From the NCBI RefSeq assembly GCF_009914755.1, contig NC_060935.1: 64,000 nt of DNA. The stretch is one strand, 5' to 3'. This stretch comes from the human T2T-CHM13v2.0 reference genome, Homo sapiens. The notes beneath the pieces are model-generated. The model saw nothing but the letters and a program-made list of their open reading frames with translations. It did no database searches and was not told the DNA's origin. Shown here in pieces: positions 42,822 through 56,034 of the stretch (position 1 is its first letter; each line of letters starts with the position of its first letter). Made by a program: the position numbers and the translations under genes.

Positions 42822-43015
42822 ACATTGATGAATGTGCCTTAAGAACTCACACCTGTTGGAACGATTCTGCCTGCATCAACCTGGCAGGGGGTTTTGACTG
42901 TCTCTGCCCCTCTGGGCCCTCCTGCTCTGGTGACTGTCCTCATGAAGGGGGGCTGAAGCACAATGGCCAGGTGTGGACCTTGAAAGAAGACAGGTGTTCT
43001 GTCTGCTCCTGCAAG
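42822..43015 (+). CDS. NELL1: NELL1 coding exon (about exon 17): last cbEGF repeat and start of a VWC domain; 194 nt, phase 1-0
   Basis: Acceptor cttcctatattgcAG|, donor CAAG|gtgagg. Translates (D)IDECALRTHTCWNDSACINLAGGFDCLCPSGPSCSGDCPHEGGLKHNGQVWTLKEDRCSVCSCK. This frame is absent from the ORF track; its phase matches the upstream exon. Confidence 0.97.
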
Positions 43016-46000
43016 GTGAGGCTGATGTGGTGCAGCAGAAATTGAAACTGTTCTTTCTCTTCTTCCCTCACTTTTCTACCTCCTCAGCTCTCTCCCTCTT
43101 GCTGTTGACTGTAGTTCCTGAACAGGCTTCTCCTGTTCTTATCTACATTACAGCTAATGATGATGCTAAGGGGTAGGGAAGCCTGCTTTGAATTGATTGT
43201 GTTCTTAGTGGAAAGTGAGGTATGAGATTGAGAAGGAACTGCAGGGAAGGCGAAGCAGGGTAGAAAAGCCAATGATAGTCCTCCCACTGAAAGCCTACAG
43301 TGCCTTTAAGGTTGGTTGGGTGAGAGTTTTAATGAGCCCTCATCCCACGCTTATACAAACTTGCTGATTAAAACTACTCTTTGCCTAAAATAACCACCTG
43401 CATGAACTTGCTCACTTTATGACATCATCTAGAAAAGCAAGGCCAACAGACTTGCATCCAGTGCTGAGACAGGTGGATTTTCATTTTGAACAAATGATAA
43501 TGATAGTATGAGGCCTCTTAGAAATTGATGTCTTGTTATTCTCAGTGCTGGGCCATTCCTTATATTAAGTTGTTGGAAAGTGAGCTTAATGCTTATGAAA
43601 ATAAAATTCTGTCATCATTTGGTTTTGCTTTATGCTTTGCAAAATGGGTCTATTAAACTGTTTGATCTCTTTGTGCTTTACTTCTTCTTTTATTGATCTT
43701 GCCTATTTATTTTCCTTTGTTATTGCTCTACTGTAGCTGTTGCCTGGTATGTCTATGTCTGTTGGGATGGGACTATTTAATCTTGAGCTTTGTGTGCATG
43801 GGAACCAAGATAAATTACTTGCTTAGTAGCCTCTTAGCCAAGTCTCCTGATAAATTCCCAGTCTGCTGAAACAGAGCTGAAATGAGCCTTAAGAAATCAT
43901 CCAGTTCATCCACTTGCCTTCATCTGCCACACATCCACAGACCTGGGGCCACCTAGTTAGGAGGGCCACATTATCAAGTGCTAGATCATTACCCCCAACA
44001 CCTATTTTTTCCCCTTTCACATAAACCTAGTTTCCCACACTCCAATCTAGGTTTGTTTTCCCTTATTGGAGCACCTGCTATATTTCAGCCACCCTATAAT
44101 TCAAAAAAGCTGCATCATGTTTACTTCTTACAGCACTACTTTGAAAGACAATGAAACTGAATTTCCATGGGATAAAGTAACTTGCCCTAAATGTTAAAGA
44201 TATAAATGTCTAAGCTGTGACTTGAACTCCACTTGCTTGGCTCAAAGTTCATAGTTTTTCCATCTTGTCAGATGTCTTGTAACACTCTACGATGATATTT
44301 ATTGGTATATTTAAAACCAGTTAGGTAACTGGTAATCTAACTTGACTGAGCTCAGACTTTCAACTCAGACTTTTGACTTTCAACTAGATTCCATGTACTT
44401 CCTTGTATGTAAGTGACTGGTGAGACATTCCTTCAAGGGGTTTTGAAGTTATTAAGTATAATATTTAACCACATGGTGCTGACTCAAAGGGCAAAAATTT
44501 TTAAGAGAAGACAAATCTCATTGTGGGTTAGAATATTTCCATAATTCCTCATGGAAGAGGATGGTAATTAGGTCTCCCATTCAGCCAGCAGAATGGGGGT
44601 GAATTCTTTGCTAGGTCATTTCAAGAAACTATTGTGTTATTAAACTTTTGAGGATGATCATTACATATCCTCACATCCTTTTTGGGCTTTCTAGGTCCCC
44701 AGTCCCTGGAATAGGCAAAGGACATTAGTGGAGTCTTGATTAGTATGAGAGTAAAATTCTTCTTTCAGTTTTTGTTTTATTTAAGCCATGATGAAGCAGG
44801 GAACTTACTAATCATTGAAAATTTCCCAGAGCTTCTTTAATTAACTGTATTAATAATCCAAGCAACGTAAATTGATTTCTTTTGTTTTGAATCCTGAAGT
44901 GTTTCCAAAGTCTTATGAGAATTAGACTGAAATTTCCACAGGGGATGAGCAATTCTTGTAATCTAATTTTGTTAATATGATGCACCTTCACTGCAAAGCA
45001 CTGCAATTTCTGAATAAAGTACAGGCAGATTTCTGTACATAAATCTTTTGTTTGTTTGTGTTCTACATGTACTCATTGCCCATTTATAGCACAGTTTCCC
45101 AGAGGTTGTGGAGGGGGAAGACAGCCTGGTTTAGGAGCTGAATTAAGCATCCTAAATCAGATTCTGTAAGTCACCATTATAAAATGAACTGTTTGTGGCC
45201 CTCCTTGTTTCTATTATTTGAAGTTGAAAGTGCTCTGTTTCAATTCAATTTGATAAGAAATACCTCCAATACTTACACATCCAAATGGGTGACTATAATG
45301 GCATCATCTTGGAAGCTAAGTAATAAAATCAAGGTTGGGATATAAAGTACTATCTTTTCAATCATATCCTTGATGTTTCAGATTTAAATGCCGTCAAATT
45401 ATGCAACAGCAGAATTACACAAACCAACAAAAGTCAAGACTTACTGCTGAAGGAAATAGAGTTAAAATTTTTAAAAGGCTACTTTCCCCTTTGAGAGTCA
45501 GTACACCAGCTTAGCTGCTAGTGTTTCATGGTAATTGATAAAAAGGCCTTGAAACATGTCCACAGATGAATAGAGTTCAATGATGAAGCTAGGCTAGCAT
45601 AAATGGATTTGGGCTTTTGTTTAGATTCTATGTACTTCCTTGGCAGTGACAATGTTTTTGTGCATCTTTAGACACCTAGTTAATTAGGTACAGAAAGATT
45701 GCTGCACAGCTTAAAACTTATGTCCCTCCAGCATTATTTAGACCACAGGAACCCAGATGAAAAGTGGTTGTCTCTCTGGGATTGATCCATAAATCTTGGT
45801 TACAGCCCAGCGTCTTTTCATAGATACCCATCTGTGGCTCTTCCATTCATAAATTTGTCTAGGACTTTAGGAAGACATCTTTATTTTCAGCCTGTGCTAC
45901 ATGGGAAGGTAGAGACGTCCCCAGCTTATTCGTTTCTAGGAAATGTAGTATTTTAGTGTGAGTAGTTGTGTTTATGTTGCAGATCATGGAGATGAAGATG

Positions 46001-46085
46001 AAAATGGATACACAAACAACTAACCACTTGTCATATATGGTAGAGCTATGAACAATTTGCTGTGGGAACACAGAAAGGGGAAGCA

Positions 46086-46395
46086 TAGTCCGCGCTCTGT
46101 ATTTGTTGGTTCCACATTCTTGGATTCAACCAACCCCAGATCAAAAGTATTTAAAAAACAAAGATAATGCAAATTTAAATTAATAATATAAATATTTCAT
46201 TTTTACCCTATTAGGTATTATTAGTAATCTAGAGATGATTTAAAGTATATGGGAGGATATGCATAGGTGGTTTGCAATACTATGCAGTTATATGCAAATA
46301 CTATGCCATTTTATAAGGGACTTGAACATCTGCAGATCCTGGTATCTGTGCAGAGGTCCTTGAACCAATCCCCCAGAGATACTGAGGGACGACTG
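46086..46395. mobile_element. MER2 (Tigger-derived MITE)
   Basis: Core ttaggtattattagtaatctagagatgatttaaagtata; terminal gatactgagggacgactg. Confidence 0.8.
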
Positions 46396-48044
46396 AATGC
46401 TCTACTCTGGGAAGATGCAGAAGTGAATACGGAAAGCCTTTCACAGAGGAGGTGATCTTTGAAGGGGCCCTTAAAGGATGAGGAATTTAATCAAGTAGAG
46501 ATGTAGGGGAAGGTGAATCCCAAACAAGAGGGAACTGTAAGAACAAAGATGAGGAAGTGTAAGAATATATGTTGTGTTAGAAATATGAAGTGAATCATGA
46601 GCTCAAAATATCAGGAACAAAAAGAGTATAAGAAGGGTATAGTCACTGATGAGCCAGGAGATTATGATGAGCCAGGAGATTAAGGCTGAAGACAGAGCCA
46701 GGCCACGGGATTTAGACTTCATCCTGTGGGCAGCAAATGATCGTAAGAGATTTTACGTTTGGAATTGGCAGGGCCCAGTCAAGGTCTGATTGACAGCATG
46801 ATGGATGACCTGAGCAGATAGAAGCTAACTAGAAAGAAATCACTTAGGCTGAGGTAAAGGTTCAGAGGAGTAAAGATGAAAACCTGAAAGAGGGATAGAG
46901 AAGTAACATCTAATGGGAGAAAATGCAGAAGTGAAAAATGGGTCCTGATGACTGATGATGCTAGAGACTTAGTGTCTGTGGTAATGTCTTCCCTATTCTC
47001 TGGGCAAAAAAAAGCTCCTGAGTAGCATGTTTGAGACATAGCTGCCCATTTTCTCAGGTGAACAGGATTCAGGTGCCATTACATAAGAGTAAGAACCAGG
47101 GTCTGCAAGTTGGGCTTGTATACTACTACATCTATACCTACATGTACACTTATACCTATACTATTTTGAGTAGTAACTGGATAATCTAGTGGGAGGAAGA
47201 GAGCAAACTATGAAGGCCAGATAGTGTTTCTATGATTTCTTGCAGTTAAAAAATGTGAGTAGCCTTCATCGTGAAAACAAAGTAATACTAAAGACTTGAG
47301 CAGTGTTAGTTCTTGAGTTTTTCTGGGGTTTAGAGATGAGTAGGGAAAGGGATACCATAAATAGCCAGTATTTATGGTATAACAGTATTCCATGTTATAA
47401 TAAAGTCAGGGATGAATTACTGTGGAAAGGAAAGTCAAAGTGAAGAAGACCTTTTTCATGAGATTGTCTGGAATCATGGCCATCTGATCTGGTTTATGTA
47501 AACCTATTCCCAGAAACTGAAGATGGTCATGCCAGCGACACTCTCAAGAACTCATGTATCTCTTTCTGGCAAGGAGGAAAGAATCTGATCCACAAGGAGC
47601 AGTCAGCATACTGGTTCTGCCTTCCTAAGAATAGGACTTACTCACAGGAAGAAGCCAGGGAACAGTCTGGTCTGTGCCTGGGGCCAGGATAGAAGCAAAC
47701 TTTCTGAATTCCAGCAAACTGCTCATAAAAATGCTTTGCCTTGCTCTTTGAACCCAACTAGCAGCATTATAAATATTTTCCTGTCTGTGGTGGTTTTGAT
47801 GGTTGGAGTTAGCTGTGCAAGCTGTAAGATTGTGTTTCTTTTCCTTGGAAAGAGGAACTTATTGGTAGGTTTCATTTGGCACTCAAAACTCTAGGGGTCC
47901 TGTAAAGGAACAGGGCGTCTCTTTCTATTTCCCTGACTCTTTCCCCTGTGGTAGTGTTCAAAACCCTGTTTTGACCTTGCAGGAGCTTGAACGTTACACC
48001 ATGCTACCTCCCCATCTGACTGGGTGATGTTTTTTCTCCATGAT

Positions 48045-48221
48045 TTTGAAGCTTTGCACCAGAATCACCTGCAGGGCTTGTGAAACTTTGATCACTGGCT
48101 CTACCCTCAGTATTTTCTGGTTCAGTAGATCTGGGGTGGGGTGCAAGAATTTGCATTTTTCAGTAGTTCCCAGGAGATGGTAATGCTGCTGGTTTGAGGA
48201 CTGCCACTTTGAAAACTTTTG
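48045..48221 (-). mobile_element. MER5A-like DNA transposon
   Basis: cagaatcacctg...ttcagtagatctggggtgggg...gaatttgcattt...cccaggagatg. Confidence 0.75.
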
Positions 48222-48613
48222 CCCCAAGAATACTTCTGATATCACTTTATCTAAAATTAGTTTTTCCTATCCCCTAGCCTCCTCACGATACAAAAGTTGC
48301 ATCACAGTGGAAAATCATTGTTATGAAAGTTCAGGTTAGGGATAAGTTTCTGTTTTGTTATTAGTTTTCTACATGGAAAAGGCATTTGCCTCTCTGGGCT
48401 TGGTTTCCTCTTCATTAAAATGAGATAACTGGATAAAATGACTGCTAAATGTGTTTCTACCCCAGGTGTTAGGACTAAGAGACCAGTTTGTGGGCTGTGA
48501 CCTGAAGGCAAAATTAATACTTTGTAAAAAGATTGGAAATCACAGCTCAATTTGTGTGTGAGAAAGTAGAATAGGTGCGTCTAGATTACCAACCCTAATT
48601 TCATAGTCTATAT

Positions 48614-48839
48614 CAGGCATCAGCAAGGTTTTTTTCTTTAAAGAGTCATGTTGTAAATATTTCATGTTTTGTAGACCATAAAGCTTCTGTCCCAAATACT
48701 CAATTCTGCCATTGCAGTGTGAAAAAGACCCACAGACAAAATGTAAATGAACAAGGGAACTTGTGTTCCAATAACACTTCATTTACAAAAACAGGCATCA
48801 GGTTGAATTTGTACCGTGGGCATCCGTTTTCCAACCCAA
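48614..48839. mobile_element. MER58A-like hAT MITE
   Basis: tactcaattctgccattgcagtgtgaaa...tgtgttccaataacacttcatttacaaaaacagg. Confidence 0.8.
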
Positions 48840-50279
48840 AGTTTATATTACTGTTTTACAGAAATAATCTGACCTACGTCCACCTTCTTGATTTAAAAGT
48901 TTCAAAACTCTATGGCAGAAAAAAAATGAGTGATATTATGTAATCTGGAGTAAATATATCAGTATTTACTGATATATTGACTGAAATACTGAAATATTAC
49001 TGAAATACTGACTATTCCATATTAAAATTTGTAATTAATAGCAAAAAACCTATAATATTTTTATGGCATAAGAAAAAATGTATTTTTTTTACCAGATAGG
49101 AAACTTTATTTCCCTGCTTTTTAAAATTCAGAAGCAATTTAAATATTAGAATAATTATTAATTGCTTATCATTGAACTTGCAGTATAAAATTGCATCAAA
49201 ACAGCTTCTGTGGCAGAAGATTGCAAAAATACATCTTTGGCATATAAGTAGGGATTGTTCAAACCACCCAAGTTAGGATAGAGATCAAGCTCTGGAAACA
49301 GCCTCAAAGATCTCTGATAAAAGGATTACTTATCATCAGTGAGCTCCATACTCTCCCCAAATTTAGTTTCTAGTGTGATTGTGCTCTGTGAGCTGATGTT
49401 TTATAATGGCATTCTCATTGTATTAATGGAGTCACCTGTGACATTTTCATTATTAAAAATGATTTTCTTGACAGTTACCCTGTAATTCAAAGGCAAAGTG
49501 AACATTGCCATTGTTCTGAAACATGTTAGAAGCTAAGAGGGGCCTATTTGGCATTTTCACATAATTGATGAGATATGAAATTGCTTTATTTTGCACTAAC
49601 CCTGGAGGCTATCCATTTATTCTTATTCATTCTTTTAATCAGCACATAGGAAGAAAACTGACATTCTTATTGAGTCTCATAGCCTGTTGTGCAGCGACCT
49701 TTTCTGAAAGAATTTATCCTTTTGTTTGATGCCAGCCACAGACACAGACATGCTGGTTCCTAAGGCATGATCCTTCTACACTTGGGAAGAGTGATAGTGT
49801 GCCATTGGAAGCTGAGCTGATCAAATGGTTTTGTGTTGTAGCTATCATTACTTTGCTTAGTTTTTGTTGGTTAAAGTAAGTCTTCAGGGAGTCATTTGGG
49901 GCCATGGTGACACAAGCAAAATATATTACTGAGTTAAAATAATGGTATATGAGCTGTAAACCAAAGGCCTATTGTTGGGAAATTCCTAGGATCAGGACAC
50001 TTCCTTGTCCTGACTAGCTGGATTCTCTGATTGAATTCACTTGCTAAAATATAGAGTCTCTTGCTTGCTCTCTATATACACATGTTTGCATACACATGCA
50101 AATGTATATGTGTGTGTGTATAATCTTTCATCTCTTGATATTTTTGGAACACTATGATTTCTTGTTATTTGTATAGTAAAAGAGCCAATGCACACGATAC
50201 ATTTTTCAACCTGTTGTTATATATGTAGCTGGCATGTCTCCTTTCCATTCTCCTTAAAGAATATAAAGCTTTTAAGGTT

Positions 50280-50631
50280 TCCACTTTAGCTGACACAAAA
50301 CATCTCAGCAAGTCCTGTCTGATTATTCAGCGTTGTTGTGGATAAAGTAGATAAAGACCCTGAGGGCAAGTCCATCAAGTTTTCAGATGTCACTAAGCTG
50401 TGAAGGACGGTGAGCTATAGTAAATGACATAAATAACATTTGCAAAGCATTGTGACAGGAAGAAGAGATGAAATAGATCTAACAATATGAAATGCAACAG
50501 AGATAAACATCAAGTTGTATACTTGCTGCCCCTAAACAGCCAACTGCCCAAGATGAGATAAGGCTTAATGAGGTTTTAGTCTTCATTAAGCTCAATATTA
50601 GCCAACACTATGGCATAGTCAAAGAAGTAAA
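50280..50631 (+). mobile_element. L3/CR1 LINE remnant, interrupted by Tigger3b and probably resuming after 51840
   Basis: 50377-50400 translates KFSDVTKL, a degenerate CR1 RT motif KFADDTKL. Confidence 0.6.
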
Positions 50632-50633
50632 TA

Positions 50634-51836
50634 CAGTCATGCATCACTTAATGACAGGGATACATTCTAAGAAATGAGTCATTAGGCTTTTTCATCACTG
50701 TATCAACATCATAGAGTATATTTAAACAAACCTAGATGGAATAGCTTGCTACACACCTAGGCTATTTGGTATAGTCTATTGCTTCTAGGCTATAAACCTG
50801 GACAGCATGATACTATATTTAGTATTGTAGGCAATTGTAACACAGTGGTGAGTATTTGTATATCCAAACGTAGAAAAGGTACAATAACAATACATATAAA
50901 AGACAAAAAATGGTATACCTGTATAGAACACTTACCATGAATGGAGCTTACGGGACTAGCAGTTATGGTAGGTGAGTCAGTGAGTGAATGTTGGGTGCAT
51001 GTGAAGGCCTAGGATATTACTGTGCACTTCTGTACCTTTATGAACCTTGTATACTTAGGCTACACTAAATTTTGAAAAAGATTTTTTTTCTTCAATAAAT
51101 TAACCTTAGCTTATTGTAACTTTTTACTTTATAAACTTTTTAATTTTTGTAACTTTTTGACTCTTGTGTAATAACACTTAGTTTAAAACACAAACACATT
51201 GTACAGCAGTACAAAATACTTTCTTTATATTCTTATTCTATAAGCTTTTTCTAATTTTTTAAAACTTATTAAACATTTTTTTCAAACCGGCACACAAAAA
51301 CACACCTTAACCTAGGTCTCCACAGGGTCAGGATTATCAATATCACTGTCTTTCACCTCCATATTTTCCTCCATGTCTTGTCCCACTTGAAGGTCTTCAG
51401 GGACAATAACACGCACAGAGCTATCATCTCTTATGATAACAATGCCTTCTTCTGGAATACCTCCTGAGGACTTGCCTGAGGCTGTTTTAGTTATCTCTTT
51501 TTTTTTTTATAAGTAGGAAGAATACATTCTAAAATAATGATTAAAAAAGATAGTATACTAAATACATAAACCAGTAACCTAGCCATTTATTATCATTATC
51601 AAGCAGTATGTACTATAAATGACTGTAGGTGTATATTTTTATACAACTGGCAGCTCAGTAGGCTTGTTTATACAGGCATCATTACAAACACATGCATGAG
51701 TAATACAGTGCATTACATAATGGCTGCGATGTCACTAGGTGACAGGAATTTTTCAGCTTCATTAAAATTATATAAGACCACCTTTTGTATGTGTAGTATG
51801 TCAGTGACCAAAATTTCATTGTGTGGCACATGACTT
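50634..51836. mobile_element. Tigger3b-like non-autonomous pogo/Tigger element, about 1.2 kb
   Basis: TA|cagtcatgcatcacttaatgac ... gtggcacatgact(t)|TA: TIRs with a TA target duplication. Confidence 0.85.
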
Positions 51837-52081
51837 TATTGAAAAAAAGCCTGCATTAAAGAAACTACAACACTTAAAACAAGGTGAGCATTAAATTCAA
51901 TTCACTCTTTCTTCAAAGACCATTGCTGAATAATTCTATTTAGTTCTCTCTCAGCTACCTCATTTGAGAAATAGAGAGATACATTCGCATTCCACAAATT
52001 ATCAGGATTAAATGTGATCATGCATGTAAATGCCTCTGCACAATGCATGACACAAGATAAGTATTAAATGCATGGTAGAAT

Positions 52082-52083
<2 letters not shown>

Positions 52084-52119
<36 letters not shown>
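52084..52119. repeat. (GAT)12 microsatellite
   Basis: Counted directly. Confidence 0.95.
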
Positions 52120-53389
52120 ATATACTTAAAACCATTGAAAGAGAAGGCAACTATGACAGTGAAAGGATTATAAATGATGGGGACTGGTCAAGAAGTTAGA
52201 GGTGTTTACCCAGAGATGAAACATCTCAGTGAGTACATAAGAGCTGTCTTCTAAAAACTGAAGAATTGAAACATGACAAAGTGTTTGGAGTTCTGTTATT
52301 ACTGAAGGTATGGATTCGGGTCAATGGATAGAAGTAATGAGAAGTCTGATTTTTTACATTATAACATGTACAGAGATGCACACTGAATTCTCTCCATAGT
52401 GATGAATCCAAGACTGAGAGCCTCAAGCACTTCAACAGTTGAATATGACTTCAACTGTAGGTCAGGAGGCTTGGTTATATGTTCTTTAAGGTAACTTGCA
52501 GCCCTGAGACTCTTTGGTTTTTTAAAATATTCAGCAAATTAGTTATTAGCATGAATGGTGATGACAGACAGGTCTTACCTTAAATTTTCAGCAATGAAGA
52601 ACATTGTTTAAGAAATTACTGTAAGCAACAGACATAAAAAAAAGACATGCTGCAAAATGTTTACTCTTACTGCTTAAGTGCTGCTGACTTTCAATTTTTT
52701 ATAGCTATGAATCCTCAAAGACAATACTTCAAAAATTGTACTGTGCTTACAATATGGGGAACTGCCATAAGGTGGAAAGAGGCACCTTATTATACACCCC
52801 TGTAGTACACAACTTTAAGGCGATCTTGCCAAAGAATATTTTGAGACCATAACAATTGGTGGTGCTGCTTGGAGAACCACTACCTAACTATGTCATCTTG
52901 GATAAGTGGTTTAGCCTCTCTGGGTCTACGTTAATTTTCTGTATAAAGGGCATAATCAGACTTCCTTTCACGGTTGGGACAGGGATATAGTTAGATGAAT
53001 GTATTTGAATATGTTAAGTGGTAGCATGGAAATACAGGAGCATGATTTTCCACTCAAATGACTTATTGATCATATATGCATTTTTAGCTGCTTACTTATA
53101 ATTCTTACTTAGAAATACGATTTTTAAGAACCCCTTTGAAAAAGATTTTCAAAAAACATGTTGACTTTTTGTTAAACTTAAAAATGTTCCTATTTTTATT
53201 TTTTCTGCTCTGCAAGCAAAATCAGGGAAAGAAAGGGTGTGTTTGTGTGAACACACATGTGTGCTTCAGTTTTGAACAGAATGAGAGGTGGCCAGGGGGT
53301 GACCAAAAATCCAAGAAGTTCATTTCTCTTAGTGTAGCTGTCCATCATGTCCTAAATGATGAAACCTCCTTAACTTCATTTCTAAACAG

Positions 53390-53566
53390 GATGGCAAGAT
53401 ATTCTGCCGACGGACAGCTTGTGATTGCCAGAATCCAAGTGCTGACCTATTCTGTTGCCCAGAATGTGACACCAGAGTCACAAGTCAATGTTTAGACCAA
53501 AATGGTCACAAGCTGTATCGAAGTGGAGACAATTGGACCCATAGCTGTCAGCAGTGTCGGTGTCTG
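53390..53566 (+). CDS. NELL1: NELL1 coding exon (about exon 18), VWC domains; 177 nt, phase 0-0
   Basis: Acceptor catttctaaacAG|, donor CTG|gtatgt. Translates DGKIFCRRTACDCQNPSADLFCCPECDTRVTSQCLDQNGHKLYRSGDNWTHSCQQCRCL, with CCPxC and CxxCxC VWC motifs. Confidence 0.97.
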
Positions 53567-55809
53567 GTATGTTGGCTTCCTTTATAAGGTGTTGAGCCTT
53601 TACTCTGAAAGAGGTTACAAATTCAGTTGTCTGTGGGACCTAGTTCCCAGTTTTTCATAATACTATACAGGGAGCTCTGTGGGGCCTGTGGCTAAGGGTC
53701 ATGTTCTCTTCCTAAAGATATTCAGGTTGTATTTGAAATACTGTACAAAGTAAAAAGCACATATTTATGGGACAGATTTGACCCAAACAATGACAGTTTA
53801 CAGCTATTACTAAAAAGAAATCAAGATCAAGAAAAATCTCTGCAAGAAAGGAAGCTTTCAAAACCTTGACTAGTGCTTGTAGTCCTGACAGAGCTAAATC
53901 TCTCATTTCTGTGCCATAACCCTTAAAGATTTCAATATAAGAGGTAACAAAACATAGTAGAAATATCAGAGATTTAATCATAGAGACCTAGAATCTAAAT
54001 GTGGTCCTCCCACATACTAGCTTAAAATGATTACCTTGGGCAAGTCCTAGCATTTTACTGACTATTCTGGCCCTCAAGTGGACACAGGTATGTGAGTACC
54101 TCTGAGGGAAAGAATGGGCTGTTACAAAGATTACAAGATATGTAAGAAGGACAAATACAGTACTTGGCTTAGAGAAGGTACTTAGTGTATGGTAGTAACT
54201 ATTGTTAATACTTCCTACCTTGAAAAATCTTTTCAGATACTACATGTTTAAAAAGGAAAAAATGAAGGTTGTTATAAATATTAATATAGGGCTACTAATG
54301 GTATAATTAGATTTGAGAAAGTCCAGAGAAAAGGCTTAATTTCTTGACCTGGTTCTTTCAGTTTCAAATTATATCACAAAGATTTCTAGCAGTGGGAAGA
54401 CTTCTAGGACACATTGTCATGGAATGTGATGTCCCATATGTAAAGTCACAACTATGGAACATTCTGAGTTGATTGGTAATGGAAACTATTAGCTGTGTGT
54501 CCGTAATTTAACATTTGCTGACATGAATGATTCTCATTTTATGGGTACTGTATGAAAACAAGTATTCAGATAAATTATGCTCTAAATTTCCATCAGATTT
54601 TTTTAAATCTTCAGGTGAATGTGCAGATAATCTTAACAGAATATGTCTTTCTTAATCACTCCTATGACTGAGAAGCATGACTCAGATAAATAAAAATTGT
54701 AGTCATTTTTTAAAACTCCCACCCAAGGACAAAAAAGTCAATACAACTGTAGAATTAGTTTCCCTATGAGACTGGCAAATTGCATTTCTTTTCCAAGAAG
54801 CTAATCATCAGGCATCCAGAAGAATTAGTATTAATTTGATGCATGAAATTTTCATAGATAGAATTTCAAAAGTGTATCCTCTTCCATCCTAGCCCCTAAG
54901 ATGAATATTTCTCAGGAAAATTGAAGCTGTTAAACACATAACTTATGAATTACTTGAGAATACTGTGGGTCATACTTAATAAATATTCAAGACTTTTCAT
55001 GTGCCAAACTTTGTATGACGTAACAGTGAGCAAGATAAACATGGCCTATACCTACACAAAGCCCACAGTCTTATGGAGATGACTGAACAATTAAATAAGT
55101 TGCCATATATTGTAAGGTATTATGCCATAGATTATAATTCATGATAGCAGAGGAAGAGGATGCATAGTGAAATAGTTTTATTGTGGGCAGCTCAATGAAG
55201 CCACAGATGCCAGATGCTGAGACACACAAAAACTCCATTTGAACTGCAATCTAGAAAGTTCAGTGGTCACATGTTATATTCAAAACCATTCTGAAATGGT
55301 TATCTTGACATTGCCCAATCTTAACTTTAAATTTGATTGAAATATTACAGTGCTTCAGGTTCTGCTTTTGAACTTAAGAGAAATTAATTGCTCTTTATAT
55401 ACTAGACAGTACCTTATAATTTATTTATTAGCCTTTATTGACCAAAACTGTGCTAAACATGATGGAGAGAAAGTAACAAGCAGAAAGTCTGAAAGCTCAA
55501 AACTTAATGTGGAATTGTGCTAATTATGATATAAGTATCATGTTAAAATAATTATAGGCTGTGCTTGGCACACAAAGAAGCTCACCTAGCTCTTTCTATG
55601 TCCTGCAGTATAGATGATCAGCAAAAGCATTCTGAAAGAAGTGAGACCTGTAGTAGGTCTTCAAGGAGGAAGTGTACTTTATCCTCAATGGTGTCAACTA
55701 GAAATATTCAGTGATGAGAATTACTGTGCTCTCTTTCCCCTTCTATGACTTTGGGAATAAAATTATGCATAGGAACAATAATGAGACATTTTTTGCTTTT
55801 CCTCTACAG

Positions 55810-56034
55810 GAAGGAGAGGTAGATTGCTGGCCACTCACTTGCCCCAACTTGAGCTGTGAGTATACAGCTATCTTAGAAGGGGAATGTTGTCCCCGCTGTG
55901 TCAGTGACCCCTGCCTAGCTGATAACATCACCTATGACATCAGAAAAACTTGCCTGGACAGCTATGGTGTTTCACGGCTTAGTGGCTCAGTGTGGACGAT
56001 GGCTGGATCTCCCTGCACAACCTGTAAATGCAAG
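55810..56034 (+). CDS. NELL1: NELL1 coding exon (about exon 19), VWC domains; 225 nt, phase 0-0
   Basis: Acceptor ttttgcttttcctctacAG|, donor CAAG|gtaatt. Translates EGEVDCWPLTCPNLSCEYTAILEGECCPRC...GSPCTTCKCK. Confidence 0.97.

Noticed and set aside
53136-53495. 119-aa ORF overlapping the exon at 53390
   Set aside because: Wrong frame relative to the Cys-rich NELL1 frame. The same applies to 16956-17237, 42973-43176 and 57494-57700.
53567-53575. Donor gtatgttgg as a possible U12 5' splice site
   Set aside because: U12 needs RTATCCT; GTATGT is a normal U2 donor.
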